This document shows, piece by piece, positions 1-11,000 of a stretch of 64,000 nt of DNA. The DNA is from a virus (Duplodnaviria > Caudoviricetes), in the IMG/VR virus record IMGVR_UViG_3300028805_000081, positions 1 to 64,000 of that record, one strand, 5' to 3'. The position numbers and the translations under genes are program-made. The notes beneath the pieces were generated by a model. The model had not been told where the DNA came from. It worked only from the letters and a program-made list of their open reading frames with translations, and did no database searches. Each line of letters opens with the position of its first letter. Positions within the stretch are counted from its first letter, which is position 1.

Positions 1-1
1 C

Positions 2-397
2 TCAATGTTTTGATACGATAACTCTTTGTTTATATTCATCAAGTAATACCTTTGCATAGTATTCATGCACTTCAGTTTCAGTTGGAGTCTTTTCTTCAGC
101 TTCTCCAAAGATAACTCCATAGACCTTGCTAAAGCCTTCGTTCTGCAAAGTAATATATTTATACCCTGATATGTCTGCATAGTAAACATCATCGGTCAGC
201 AACTTCTTTCTCTTTGCTAAGTCATTGCAGCGTATCAGTCCTATGTTTACCGGAGCTGTATTATCAGATAGTATTCCTTTAAGTGTTGCCGTTCCGCTTC
301 CCGTCCCCTGAAGTTTGATTGCCGTCCCGTTTTCGACAGCGATGTATGGTGATTTCTTTCCGTCATAAAGCCAGCCACGCCAAATTATTTTAATCAT
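2..397 (-). CDS. hypothetical protein, distal tail module
   Basis: Complete 131-aa ORF co-oriented with the tail genes; no motif recognised. Confidence 0.6.
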   Translation of the reverse strand: MIKIIWRGWLYDGKKSPYIAVENGTAIKLQGTGSGTATLKGILSDNTAPVNIGLIRCNDLAKRKKLLTDDVYYADISGYKYITLQNEGFSKVYGVIFGEAEEKTPTETEVHEYYAKVLLDEYKQRVIVSKH

Positions 398-403
398 ATG
401 TTA

Positions 404-760
404 TCACCCCGATTGTGGATCTGCCGGGTTATCGTCACCTCTTAGGATTTTACCTACGGGGATAGTCTGTTTGTAAATCGGGATGATGACTTTGGAGTGT
501 TTGCCTTTGTATCGTTTTTCAATTCTTGGTGGTTTAGGCATCTGAGGGAAAGCTAATCTGAATGGATCGTCACCGTCTATGATTCGCCAAAGTGAAGCAG
601 GAGCATTATTAATTATGTGTGATTGTGGAAACGCTTGCCTAAATGGTGGATTGCCATCGACTATATTCCATAATGTAATAGGCGAATTATTTATTTCATA
701 TGCTTGTGGAAAGCTATCAAGAAAAGGCAGGTCACCATCTATGATTTTCCATTCGTCCAT
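404..760 (-). CDS. Trp/Pro-repeat protein (3 x ~27-aa W-x-I-x-D-G-x-x-P-F repeats); paralog of 1633..2649
   Basis: Repeats WKIIDGDLPF / WNIVDGNPPF / WRIIDGDDPF, followed by MPKPPRIEKRYKG as in the paralog. Confidence 0.7.
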   Translation of the reverse strand: MDEWKIIDGDLPFLDSFPQAYEINNSPITLWNIVDGNPPFRQAFPQSHIINNAPASLWRIIDGDDPFRLAFPQMPKPPRIEKRYKGKHSKVIIPIYKQTIPVGKILRGDDNPADPQSG

Positions 761-762
761 GA

Positions 763-1614
763 TTAACCACCTACTACATTTTCAACTAAAAATCCTTTTG
801 ACCTAAGTGCAGCACCGTTTCTTATTTCTGCGGTTGTACATTTAATAAACCCCGAATTAAATGCAGATGATGAGACATCTAATACCTCTGAATTTATAGC
901 AGATGATGTAACTGTTCCACCAGAGATGGTGTTACTAATTGTAGGCGTTTCTATCTCTAAATCTATAACACAATTAGTAACATTTGAATGAGTTATTGCA
1001 GAACCATTATATTTTTTTAGTCTACCTCTTAGTCTACTCTTGATCATTGCTGCGCCAATATATGTACTCCAGTATCCGCCACCACCTGTTCCTATAGTGT
1101 CTACATCACTGTCAACCCAAATGTCCGTTTCGTTTATAGTAATATAATTACCTGATCCGTCATGTATAAGTGCTTTTTTAGTATTTCTTGCATATATTGC
1201 ACAAGAATTAATATCGGTTTGCGATCCATAAAATACAGCGACATAACCACCAGATATTTCTTGTGCCGTTGCATCTATAGAAAAGCTAATATTTTTAAAC
1301 TTACAATCTACTGAAAAAGCAGATGACCCGTTTAAAAACACATTCAATATTTTCCCATTATGAATAAACCCGGAGCTTCCTGATGAAAAATGTGTTGAAG
1401 CTCCAACCTCAATATTTTTTATTGTGTGTCCGTCAAGATCGAAATCTGCATTACTATCAAGTGTTGACCACACAAAAGACGCTCCATAATTATTGCAATC
1501 AATATCATTCGCAAGCTTTAAGTATTTACCCGATTGTGAAATACAACTTTGTATCTCGGTTATATTATGTACAATCCAAGGATCTACCTCTGTACCGCTT
1601 CCTGTTATAGCCAT
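763..1614 (-). CDS. putative tail-tip adhesin / beta-helix protein (GSGTxxDPW N-terminus); paralog of 2655..3620
   Basis: MAITGSGTEVDPWIVHN, YLKLANDIDC and FDLDGHTIKN resemble GLUG-associated beta-helix adhesins; lies downstream of Tal. Confidence 0.6.
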   Translation of the reverse strand: MAITGSGTEVDPWIVHNITEIQSCISQSGKYLKLANDIDCNNYGASFVWSTLDSNADFDLDGHTIKNIEVGASTHFSSGSSGFIHNGKILNVFLNGSSAFSVDCKFKNISFSIDATAQEISGGYVAVFYGSQTDINSCAIYARNTKKALIHDGSGNYITINETDIWVDSDVDTIGTGGGGYWSTYIGAAMIKSRLRGRLKKYNGSAITHSNVTNCVIDLEIETPTISNTISGGTVTSSAINSEVLDVSSSAFNSGFIKCTTAEIRNGAALRSKGFLVENVVGG

Positions 1615-1632
1615 ACTCCATCACGCTCCTTT

Positions 1633-2649
1633 CTATAGTTCTATATCATCAATAACAATCTTTTGATGTTCTTGTTTACTACTATTTTGTATTGCCGGGA
1701 TTTCTCTCTGAACCCTTGCCAAATAATCAACCGAATAATCATATTCCATAAGTATCATATGACATTCTTTAATATCAGCAAGTTGATCCTCAATAGGATT
1801 GCCTTCAGGGAAATAGTCATACACATATCCAATTATTCCTAAAGTATCTGCCGCCAAAATATCTGCAAGCGTGGTATTAGGATTATCGCAAAGAGTATTA
1901 AAACTCTCCTCATAATCTACCATTTCTTCAGGCGATAAGATTCTATTCCTATTGACAATAGGCGTGAAGGCAATTCTCCAAGGATGTTCTGAATAATCAG
2001 CTATCTGATAATATGTAGTTGCTCTGCTACCGTCCGGAAAGTTAGTCCATCCAGCTTCGTGCATCTGATCAGACTCAATAAAGAAATTTCTGTCATGATA
2101 ATCAAGATTGCCATTAACTACAGCGTTATACATATCTGCATATTCATCAAGAGTTTTATCGACTGGAATAGTCCTGATAAGTTCCTCAAATTCTGCAATT
2201 TCCGCAGTAAGATCTTCTTCGAGTTGTAATAAGTCTGATAACATATAAGCTGATATACCCGACAAAATAACTGTTTGATGGTAGTCTGATAATAGCACAA
2301 TTTCACGTTCGCCTTCATAAAGTTTCTCCATGACCGGAGCTTTTGGCATTTTAGGGAACACAATCTTGTAAGGCAGTCCGTCCGGTTCTTTAACCCATAA
2401 TGCCATTGGTGCCTCATCAATAGGATACCGAGTAGCAAATGAAGTCTTATAAGGTAAGTCATCTGAGATTTTCCACATTGCTTCCGGTGCATCGTCAATC
2501 GCATACCGAGTAGGGAACATAACCTTGTAAGGAAGTTCATCCGCTACCTTATGCCATATCCAGTCCGGGTAATCATCAAAGGATGTCGGGCGAGTAGGGA
2601 AGTCATCTTTGAACGGGAGATTGCCATTAACTATTTTCCAATCAGCCAT
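1633..2649 (-). CDS. Trp/Pro-repeat protein (4 repeats) with acidic C-terminal domain
   Basis: Repeats WKIVNGNLPFK / WHKVADELPYK / WKISDDLPYK / WVKEPDGLPYK; start moved to the ATG at 2649 behind GGGAG. Confidence 0.7.
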   Translation of the reverse strand: MADWKIVNGNLPFKDDFPTRPTSFDDYPDWIWHKVADELPYKVMFPTRYAIDDAPEAMWKISDDLPYKTSFATRYPIDEAPMALWVKEPDGLPYKIVFPKMPKAPVMEKLYEGEREIVLLSDYHQTVILSGISAYMLSDLLQLEEDLTAEIAEFEELIRTIPVDKTLDEYADMYNAVVNGNLDYHDRNFFIESDQMHEAGWTNFPDGSRATTYYQIADYSEHPWRIAFTPIVNRNRILSPEEMVDYEESFNTLCDNPNTTLADILAADTLGIIGYVYDYFPEGNPIEDQLADIKECHMILMEYDYSVDYLARVQREIPAIQNSSKQEHQKIVIDDIEL

Positions 2650-2654
2650 TATGA

Positions 2655-3620
2655 TCAACTCCCTACGACTTCAACTACCGTAAAGCCTTTGCTGTTTAAA
2701 TATTCACCATTTCTGATTTGTTCATGTGTCATATAGTTCCATAATGTTGGCGGAGTTTGACCTGCAGGATAATGGGATTTGCAAATTACATTTGTATTTA
2801 AATTTCCATCGTCATATGCTATTACTAGTAATTGATGCATTGTTGAATCAGTCATATCTGTAAGATCTAAATCAATCACACAATTAGTCCATATTGTCAA
2901 GTAATCTCCATAGTTTGACTGTATACTGCCTAATACACTTGATAGCCAGCCACCATTTACCTTGCTTACCTCACCACTAATTTTTCCTTGTACTCTACAA
3001 TCTGTGAAATTACAATTAGGAAACATTGATACACTATTTTGATTTCCTACATGAAGCTCAATATCTGTGTCTGAAAGGTCTACTTTTTTTATTAAATGAG
3101 TAACTAATGTAGATGCTACCAAATATATTGCACAGTTATCCATCTTTGAACTGTCAGTGTTCAAATCAGTATGTCCAAAAGGTATTGTTGTTGTACCAGC
3201 AACATTTATAGATATTGACACATCATGCCATTCAACATACTCAGCAAATAGTTTGCTTGTAGCAGAACCCATGAATACATTTCTTAATGAACCATTGCTA
3301 ATTGATATTTTGCCTAAGTGTGCAGTACTATCCCAGTATTGTCCCTTAAACATTGTTTCACCATCAGCAATTAAGAAGTTTTTAATAGTACAACCATTCA
3401 AATTAATATAAATAGTAGCAGTTCCCTGATTACCGTTCGATGGAACAAATGCGTGCCACTTAAATTCTGAACCATAAGTGTTACAATCTATAACTTGATT
3501 AGGTGTATCAAAGAACTGAATATACGTTGTATTATTTAGTGTGCCTGAAAGCGACATAAACTCATCATAGTTATGGACTATCCAAGGATCTGTCTGAGTA
3601 CCTGAACCTGTTACTGCCAT
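2655..3620 (-). CDS. putative tail-tip adhesin / beta-helix protein
   Basis: N-terminus MAVTGSGTQTDPWIVHN and C-terminus IRNGEYLNSKGFTVVEVVG are shared with 763..1614. Confidence 0.6.
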   Translation of the reverse strand: MAVTGSGTQTDPWIVHNYDEFMSLSGTLNNTTYIQFFDTPNQVIDCNTYGSEFKWHAFVPSNGNQGTATIYINLNGCTIKNFLIADGETMFKGQYWDSTAHLGKISISNGSLRNVFMGSATSKLFAEYVEWHDVSISINVAGTTTIPFGHTDLNTDSSKMDNCAIYLVASTLVTHLIKKVDLSDTDIELHVGNQNSVSMFPNCNFTDCRVQGKISGEVSKVNGGWLSSVLGSIQSNYGDYLTIWTNCVIDLDLTDMTDSTMHQLLVIAYDDGNLNTNVICKSHYPAGQTPPTLWNYMTHEQIRNGEYLNSKGFTVVEVVGS

Positions 3621-3970
3621 TACCCAACACCTACCCCGTCTGTATCCTTTACAACATTGAACACTCCTCTTGCTTTCTTGAAGTAGTTAGTTCCGTCACT
3701 AAGAACAATCTTTGCTGTGTATGTGCCGGGTTCTAAATTTGCCGTAGTTTCAGAGTCAAGTGTTACGCTAAATACGTTTGTTGTGTCCTGTTTCAGAATC
3801 ATACTTTCCGATAGAATATTAGAATCCTCAAACCCGTACTGACTGAGAACATAGTAGGCGGTATATGTTGAGTAGTCCGGGACGCTGCCATCTTTAAGGA
3901 CAAATTCGTATTCCATCGCTACTGTATCGCCAGCCGGGATCGTGATTGGTTCTAACTGAAATAAGGTCAT
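3620..3970 (-). CDS. BppU-like / Ig-fold baseplate accessory protein
   Basis: ITIPAGDT...FSVTLDSETTANLEPGTYTAKIVL pattern typical of BppU N-terminal-like domains; follows Tal. Confidence 0.55.
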   Translation of the reverse strand: MTLFQLEPITIPAGDTVAMEYEFVLKDGSVPDYSTYTAYYVLSQYGFEDSNILSESMILKQDTTNVFSVTLDSETTANLEPGTYTAKIVLSDGTNYFKKARGVFNVVKDTDGVGVG

Positions 3971-4140
3971 GAGTCATCAACCTCACTTTCTTCTTTATCC
4001 TTTGATTCAAGCTCATTCCGGACAGCGTTGAGTGCTTTGAGGACTTCGGCAAGTTTAAAACACTGTTTGCCTTTTATCTCCATATCCATTAAAGCAACTC
4101 CTACATTATCCAAAGTTTGAACCATATCTTTGTTTGTCAT
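3967..4140 (-). CDS. small hypothetical protein (57 aa, not in ORF track)
   Basis: MTNKDMVQTLDNVGVALMDMEIKGKQCFKLAEVLKALNAVRNELESKDKEESEVDDS; upstream AAAGGA; ATGA overlap with the next gene. Confidence 0.65.
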   Translation of the reverse strand: MTNKDMVQTLDNVGVALMDMEIKGKQCFKLAEVLKALNAVRNELESKDKEESEVDDS

Positions 4141-4172
4141 TATGAAATCGTCCTTTCATTTATATTAATCCG

Positions 4173-7172
4173 TTATATTAATAAGCCATCTTTGAAGTGT
4201 AATGTTACACCGTCAATTGTTATGTCAGTTGTTTGTCCGTGCCAGTAATTATTGCCTTGCTTTACGGCAGTTCCACCTGTGATCCAAAGTCTACCGCCAA
4301 TAGTTGCATCAACGCGCTCATCTGTAGCAAAGTAATCCGACACAACAACCCTGTTTATTTTCTGATTTACTCGCAACCATTCAGCTATAAGAGTATGGTT
4401 AAAAGTAGATGTGCCGTTTTGGTCTGTGGTTGTTATACTTGCCGCAGTTACATTACCACTACACAGAACCCCACCAGCATCAGTGTTTAAATGGATGTTA
4501 CCTGCAGTTTCGAGAAAGATAGAATACTGATCCTGAATCTGCGCTGAAATATCTTCCTGTTTGCCGTACATCGTTGCACAGTTGTAAGGATTTGTAGCAG
4601 AGCCTACGTAGAATTTGCCACCAAAGAGAAGGTCTGTGGTTTGGATTTTGCCGGCTTGAAGGTTATCAACAGTGATCATATTCGCAAACATCTGATCACA
4701 ATAGATTTTATCAGCGTAAAGTTCATCCCATAAAGTAGCATTACGTCTGTCCGGATTTACGCTACCAGCTTTAAGCCACGAACCAGCCATGCCCGGTATA
4801 TTACCAGTCAAAGTGAAGATATTACCGTAGCTACCACTGCCATAATCCCATTTAAGATTATTAGCATAAACATCTCCATCAAATATAGCTGAATTTATAT
4901 TATACGATAATAACGATAATTTACCCGTACCATCGGTTTTTATATAATCACCGGCAGAGTTATATAACCCATCACTTCTGATTTCCCATCCGCCAATGTT
5001 ACCGGACTGAAGCTTTATAGAATTAGCTACAATATTACCGCTGTTATCTTCAGACAATACATCGTCCCAAACAGAACCATTCTTTTTCTGTATTTTAAAG
5101 CCATCATCAGGATTAATTAAGATCCTTGATGTGCTGTTATAAACCATAAACGGAGCATTTTCAAGTGATGCCCCGGCTGCATCTATCTTAAATGTTGAGT
5201 TAGCATCCCGGATAACTATCTGAGAACCGGCAATTAACTCGCCTACAAGAGCCTCAGCTACAACACCATAATACTCACTCTGCCCGATTGTTACTTTACC
5301 AATAGCCATTTTACAGCTCTGCCAGTTATCATCAGTAAAGGCAAGAACATTGTTAGTCATAGCTACCTGATGTGGATCATAATCGTTTTCATCATCATCC
5401 CACATACGACCTCTCAAACCATAACTGCCAAGCTTAAACTCCTGATTGTTTGCATTGATTATTTCCTGATTAGCAAGGTTAAGAGCATTATTAATATATT
5501 CTGTTACAGTTCCGTAGAACCCATTATTAACAGGTTCGTCCCATAACGGAGCTGCTAAACTTGTTTTTCTTGATGCTTTTATAGCCTGATTGAACCCATT
5601 TGAAAACTCATATGCACCGCCAATTAATCTATATGTATCAGACAAAATAGCGGTTGAGTTATCCGGGTTATCATAGTCTATTACAAGCTGAATTAATCTC
5701 GGTTCAACCCATTCATTAGGTTCTTTTTCAAGATTTACTGCACCGCCAAGAACGATATTATCCGTAAACTTCTTATATTCCGTATCAAAGAAGAAAGGAC
5801 TGATTTTGCATGTATACTGATATAATGGAGCAGATAATTTCTTCATCATCTGAAGTCCGTACTGATAAAGAGCCTTTTCAGTATCAATTTTACGTTCGTC
5901 AGGCATATCCGTAGTAAACACAAAGTTCTCGTTTTCATATACTGATCCATTGATATAATACTGGAGTTGTTCTAACTGGGTTGGTGTGAAGTTATTCTCA
6001 AAGGACAAAGACTGAACTATTATTTCGATATTGTACATATCACCACGCTTTTCAGCCTCGGCAAAGTCATAATCCATCTGTTTGTTTTTGATCTGATTTT
6101 CTTTAGCTACAATTTGTGGATATATATCTTGCAATCCCTGTTCATTATTAGCAGCAATATCTACCGCCTGTACGTCCTGAAGTGCAAGTAATTCAGATTT
6201 TAAAACCTTTAAATCAGCCTTATATGTAGTTGCTTCTTCAGATGCTTCTCTGAAATTAGCTACTGCTTCTTCATAATCTTCACGTTTTGATTCAATAAGA
6301 TCTAACCAGTCTGTAACCGCAGCTTGTAAATCTTGTGGCATACCCCATTTTTCATCGTTCATATAATAAGAAAAATCATAAATAACATCATTTCCGAGAG
6401 GATTTACAAGAGATATTCCAACACCTTCTGCACCTTTTACAGTCAGAGCTGTCACAATATCATCCGAAGATTCTGTGATAGTTTGTTCCTGAATTAAGTT
6501 TCTGAATGAAAAATTGATCCCGGTATTAATCGGTCTATACGTTTCTTCATTCTTACTGTAACAGTTTATCTTTTTATTTACTGTATCAAAGTCAAAGTAA
6601 CACTTAAATGTATCAGCTACCGTACCCATCAAGAATCCGTAAACTTGCTCATCATCAATATCCATCGTTCGATATTCTTTGAGTAAATCTGCGTCTACAT
6701 GCCCTATTGTCCAGCCTGTTTGCTGTTCAACTAAATATAACAGGGTAGGGAACTGCGCTAAAGATCCGTCCGGTTGTGGTACTTGTGAACCGTGAGCTGG
6801 ATCAATTGCATCCCACAATTTCATATATGTGTTTGCTGTATATGTTAAAGTAGTTTTATTAAGCGTTTCTTCGTAAGAATGAGCCGTAACATCTGCATAA
6901 TCTGTTTGTCCGTTCTGTGTATTGTCAACACTGTAGATTACAAATCTTCCAAATCCCTCAATTTCAAGTACCATACCTTTCTTCAAACAGTCATAATACT
7001 GTGAATTTTTATAGCACTTGAAAGTTAATTCTGATAAATTACAAAAAGTAGGTTTAATTACAACATTAAAAACATCAAGATAGCCGATCATAGCTAAGTC
7101 GAGTCTGTGTATGGAAATCTTAGGCTGCTTAATTAACCCTAATGAGTTATGATTAAAAACCATTATTAACAA
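4173..7172 (-). CDS. baseplate hub / tail-associated (Tal-like) protein
   Basis: 999 aa directly after Dit; GWTIGHVD, FKCYFDFDT, IVTALTVKG and NPLGNDVIYDFSYY motifs typical of siphovirus tail endopeptidase-like proteins; true start may be 7163. Confidence 0.8.
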   Translation of the reverse strand: MLIMVFNHNSLGLIKQPKISIHRLDLAMIGYLDVFNVVIKPTFCNLSELTFKCYKNSQYYDCLKKGMVLEIEGFGRFVIYSVDNTQNGQTDYADVTAHSYEETLNKTTLTYTANTYMKLWDAIDPAHGSQVPQPDGSLAQFPTLLYLVEQQTGWTIGHVDADLLKEYRTMDIDDEQVYGFLMGTVADTFKCYFDFDTVNKKINCYSKNEETYRPINTGINFSFRNLIQEQTITESSDDIVTALTVKGAEGVGISLVNPLGNDVIYDFSYYMNDEKWGMPQDLQAAVTDWLDLIESKREDYEEAVANFREASEEATTYKADLKVLKSELLALQDVQAVDIAANNEQGLQDIYPQIVAKENQIKNKQMDYDFAEAEKRGDMYNIEIIVQSLSFENNFTPTQLEQLQYYINGSVYENENFVFTTDMPDERKIDTEKALYQYGLQMMKKLSAPLYQYTCKISPFFFDTEYKKFTDNIVLGGAVNLEKEPNEWVEPRLIQLVIDYDNPDNSTAILSDTYRLIGGAYEFSNGFNQAIKASRKTSLAAPLWDEPVNNGFYGTVTEYINNALNLANQEIINANNQEFKLGSYGLRGRMWDDDENDYDPHQVAMTNNVLAFTDDNWQSCKMAIGKVTIGQSEYYGVVAEALVGELIAGSQIVIRDANSTFKIDAAGASLENAPFMVYNSTSRILINPDDGFKIQKKNGSVWDDVLSEDNSGNIVANSIKLQSGNIGGWEIRSDGLYNSAGDYIKTDGTGKLSLLSYNINSAIFDGDVYANNLKWDYGSGSYGNIFTLTGNIPGMAGSWLKAGSVNPDRRNATLWDELYADKIYCDQMFANMITVDNLQAGKIQTTDLLFGGKFYVGSATNPYNCATMYGKQEDISAQIQDQYSIFLETAGNIHLNTDAGGVLCSGNVTAASITTTDQNGTSTFNHTLIAEWLRVNQKINRVVVSDYFATDERVDATIGGRLWITGGTAVKQGNNYWHGQTTDITIDGVTLHFKDGLLI

Positions 7173-7975
7173 CCTACCTCTCTTATCATTCTATAAGTCA
7201 TTTTAAAATTACAACCTCCGGTTACGCTTACTGTATTCGTACCATATACAAGTGTAGGGAACACTTTATTAAATCTTCCTGTTGCATAAAGTTCCTCACC
7301 CTCACTTGATATAGCTATAAGCTTCTCGCAGTCAACAGTAATTCTTGTACCCGAAGTCATATTTGTAAATGACATTTCATCTCCGTTAACATTTACCGTA
7401 ACTGAAGTCCCGGATAAATCTATAGTAAATACAGGCATAACTTCATAAATACCGTCCTGAAGTACCTGTATAGTAAATGTACTTGACGAACCTACCGTCT
7501 TTTTTATAGTCTTTTCTTCCCATGCACCTACCGTATCACATACAGCAGTACACCTGAATCCACGTACATTACCGGCATCTTCAAAGTATTTAACATCTTT
7601 GAAGATTGTCATGAAATACATATTAGCCATCTCATCCGAAAGAATTTGAAATTTTTTGAAAGTAGTCTGATCAAATAACCAGTGTGCAGCTTTTGAAAGA
7701 CGGTTTCTTTCCAGTGTCGGATTCATGACTTCATAGCTATCACTGTCATCTCTGTGCAGATGAAATTCTATCTCAAACTGTAAAGGCTGTTCAATTGTAC
7801 TCCCGGCTGTATGCCATTTCCCACTTTTCTGACTGTGATATAAGTTAATATCTCTTTCCGGGATAGAATCTACAAAGTTAAATGCTCCGCCATCAATGTT
7901 GAATAACTTTAAATTCTCACTTATACTTGACTTGCCATCGTACACAAAATCATATCCGTTAAACATCTCTTTCAC
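7166..7975 (-). CDS. distal tail protein (Dit)
   Basis: Between tape measure and Tal; FVYDGKSS N-terminus and FPTLVYGTNTVSVTG C-terminus. Confidence 0.8.
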   Translation of the reverse strand: MKEMFNGYDFVYDGKSSISENLKLFNIDGGAFNFVDSIPERDINLYHSQKSGKWHTAGSTIEQPLQFEIEFHLHRDDSDSYEVMNPTLERNRLSKAAHWLFDQTTFKKFQILSDEMANMYFMTIFKDVKYFEDAGNVRGFRCTAVCDTVGAWEEKTIKKTVGSSSTFTIQVLQDGIYEVMPVFTIDLSGTSVTVNVNGDEMSFTNMTSGTRITVDCEKLIAISSEGEELYATGRFNKVFPTLVYGTNTVSVTGGCNFKMTYRMIREVGC

Positions 7976-7990
7976 CTGTCTTTCTATATT

Positions 7991-8022
7991 AAAATAGGAG
8001 AGCCATATTTCAGACTCTCCAT
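7991..8022 (-). terminator. putative intrinsic terminator after tape measure gene
   Basis: Minus strand GGAGAGTC-loop-GGCTCTCC followed by TATTTT. Confidence 0.5.
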
Positions 8023-8026
8023 AAAA

Positions 8027-11000
8027 TCACACACTTCTTAATGTTCTGCCATTATATATATTAGTTTGCTGATTTACAACCTTGAATACGTCATTAACAA
8101 TAGACTCACGTACTGCTTTTAACTTATCAACAGTTGATGAATCAGCATCACCATTAATAACTATGTCACCCATATTGATAACCGGGGCTACCGAGTTATT
8201 TGTTACAGGCGCATTAGCTGTAAGTTTTGGTAAGGTATTCTCCATGAAATTCCTTGCCTGTTCTGCCGTAGCTACGACTTCACCTTTAAGGAGTTTTGCA
8301 AGGACTTCACCATGAGGATTTTGAGCAACGCCTTCAACGATACCCCCATTATGATACTTAGGTGTTCTCCAGTGTGGCATATTCTTCTTTTGCTCTGCCG
8401 TTACTGTTACTGAAGATGCTTTGCTATTATACAGGTTTGTGTAACCAGTATCATAATATCTTGGATCTTGACCAACAGTAGACCATGACGTGTTAGTAAG
8501 TGCTTGCATATTAGCCTTGGTTTCATTGAGAACCTTATTGAAATTAGCCATATCATTTGTAGCCGAAGTAGTATAAGACGATGTGGCGTTCTTCAGACTG
8601 TTCATAGCATTTTCAAGATCTTTAGTCTGCTGTTCGGCTACCGCCATCTGAGCTATAAGATTTGATAGTGCCAAATCGACATTTAACTGACCGTTTGCAT
8701 ATCTTTCGATTGCAAGATACGCACTGTTCCAAAGATTATCAAACTCTGCACGACTCTTTTTAGTATAATTCATCGTGTAAGCGAGTAAGTCATTGTAGAA
8801 CTGCTGTGATTTGCCATTAATTAAATTAATAGCATCTTCTCTGATTTTGCCTTCGTGATCAAGATAATCATCAATGACTTTAATTTGTGCTTCTATCTGC
8901 GATTCGTAGTCCTCTTGCTGTTTACTTAAAGCATCTTTTCTTAGGTCAGTTTCATGTTCCAATAAGAAATCAGTTTGTTCTGCTTGTTTCTCTTTGAGTT
9001 TTTGTTCAAGTTCAGCCTTACGTTTCATATCTTCAAGCGAATAGTTTGCACCTTCGATACTTAACGCTGCTATTTCTTGTTCGATATTAAGAATATTCTT
9101 ATTTTTTTCGTTTAAATTTTTCTCGAAATTATATTGATCTTTTTCGAGATCAATTAATTGTTTCCTACGTTCAATAAGTTTCTTATATCCTTCAAGATTT
9201 TCCTTTAATTCATTCTTACGGTCATTTTTTTGACGCTTCAACATATCCATAGTAAGATCAATTAAATCTTCTATGTCTTTCTTAGCGTCTTTCATTTGGT
9301 CAGAAAGGTCTTTTATAGCGTTCTTCTGATCTTGTAAAGCCTTTGTATGATCCTGTGTTTTATCTTTTGCGCTGTCATGCACCTGACCAAGAACATTTAT
9401 CTGAACCTGTAATTTCTTGATTTGTTCTTCGTATTTCTTTGCTTTTTCAGATGCGTCAATATACTCCTGAATTGCCTTTTGCTGCCCCTCAAGATATTTA
9501 GTGCTAACTTGATATGGATCTGTAGTATTTGTTTTTCTTGCCTGTTCAAGTCTTGCATCAAGCTGCGCTAACTCTATCTTTGCCTGTGCTACTGTTTTGA
9601 TACTTGCCAGTTCATCACTGTAAGCTGCAAGTTTCTCCTTTGTAGCTTGCATAAGAGTATTGGTTTCTTCAAGTTGTGCCTGTAATGAAGTTTTCTGTTC
9701 TTCAAGTTTAGCTTTTCTCAGATTTTCAAGAGCTTCTTCTTCAATCTTATATCCGTACTGGCTTTCGAGAATTGCATCGTTAAGCTGCGGGTACAGGTCA
9801 AGAAGTTCAATAATTTCTGATGCACTAAAGTATTTATCAGGATCGTTGTTTGTCTGAAATGTCTTTTCAAGTTTCTCAAATGACTCGTTTGCATTATTGA
9901 TCTTTACAGTCATTTCAGACGTTGCATTGCCGATAAGCTGTAAGTTTCCGAGGACTTCAGCTAATGGATCTACAAGTTCTTCAACATTATCCTTTGCGGA
10001 TTCAGTTACAAAGATGAGTTCTTTAAGAGCATCAAGAACATATATATCTCCGTTTGCAAATTGTGCTAACTTATCAAAGTAATCTGAGTTAGACAGTGAG
10101 CCTTGTTCAAATAATGCAATATACTGTTCTGCCTGTGCTTTAGAATAACTCTTTACATTGTCAATATAGTCTTTATTCTTTGTTTCAAGTATTGAATACT
10201 GCTTAGAAACAAGATTAAATAATGCTTCTTCTTCATCTGACAATCCACCAACTCTTGTTGCCCGGATGTCAGCAAATTCTAAATACTTCTTTTCAAGTAT
10301 ATCGAAATACTGTATTTCATCCCGGTAAGAGTTAGGATCAATACCTAATTTGAATTGATATTTGCCGTTTTCAGATGTAATACCAGCACTATCAAACAAT
10401 TCTTGAATGTCTTTGCTGATAACATCCTTATCTTGGGTATCAACTCTAATTGAAAATTCGCCAATAGATTGTTTGTTTCCAGCAAAAGCATCTTTAATGC
10501 CTGACCAACCGGTAACAACCCAATTATCATTTAATTCTTTCTTTGCTTCCTCATATGCTTTACGGTTTTGAGCATCATTAAGATAAATACTTCTTTCATT
10601 AATCGACTCTTTTTCAATAGCATCATTTAAATCTTTACGTGCTGTAGTAAGATCTCTGATGTTTTCGATTTCCAAACCGTATTTCTTATTCAGTTCATCC
10701 TTGATTTCATTTAAGCTATTGATTTTATCATACTCTGACTGTTCAGAATCAATTATCTGATCAATTTGTTCAGTGTATGTTTTAAAATCAGCTACATTAT
10801 TTTCAAGTTGTTGTGAATTATCTTTAAGTGACTGAGTAAGTTCCTTGCTGGCATTAACAAGTTTTGAAATGCCTGTTACAACAAGTGAAATAACAAGTCC
10901 GATACCGGCATTAATAACCGCATTGAGTGCTACTGTTGCTGCATTAAGTGCTATAGTAGATGCCGTTGCAGCTCTTTGAGCATTAGCGAATCCTCTTGTT

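Noticed and set aside
404-3620. Diversity-generating retroelement or shufflon acting on the duplicated tail-tip genes
   Set aside because: No reverse transcriptase or adjacent invertase in the window, all genes co-oriented, and only short DNA identity between paralogs (e.g. AGATCCTTGGAT); no TR/VR-like pair seen.
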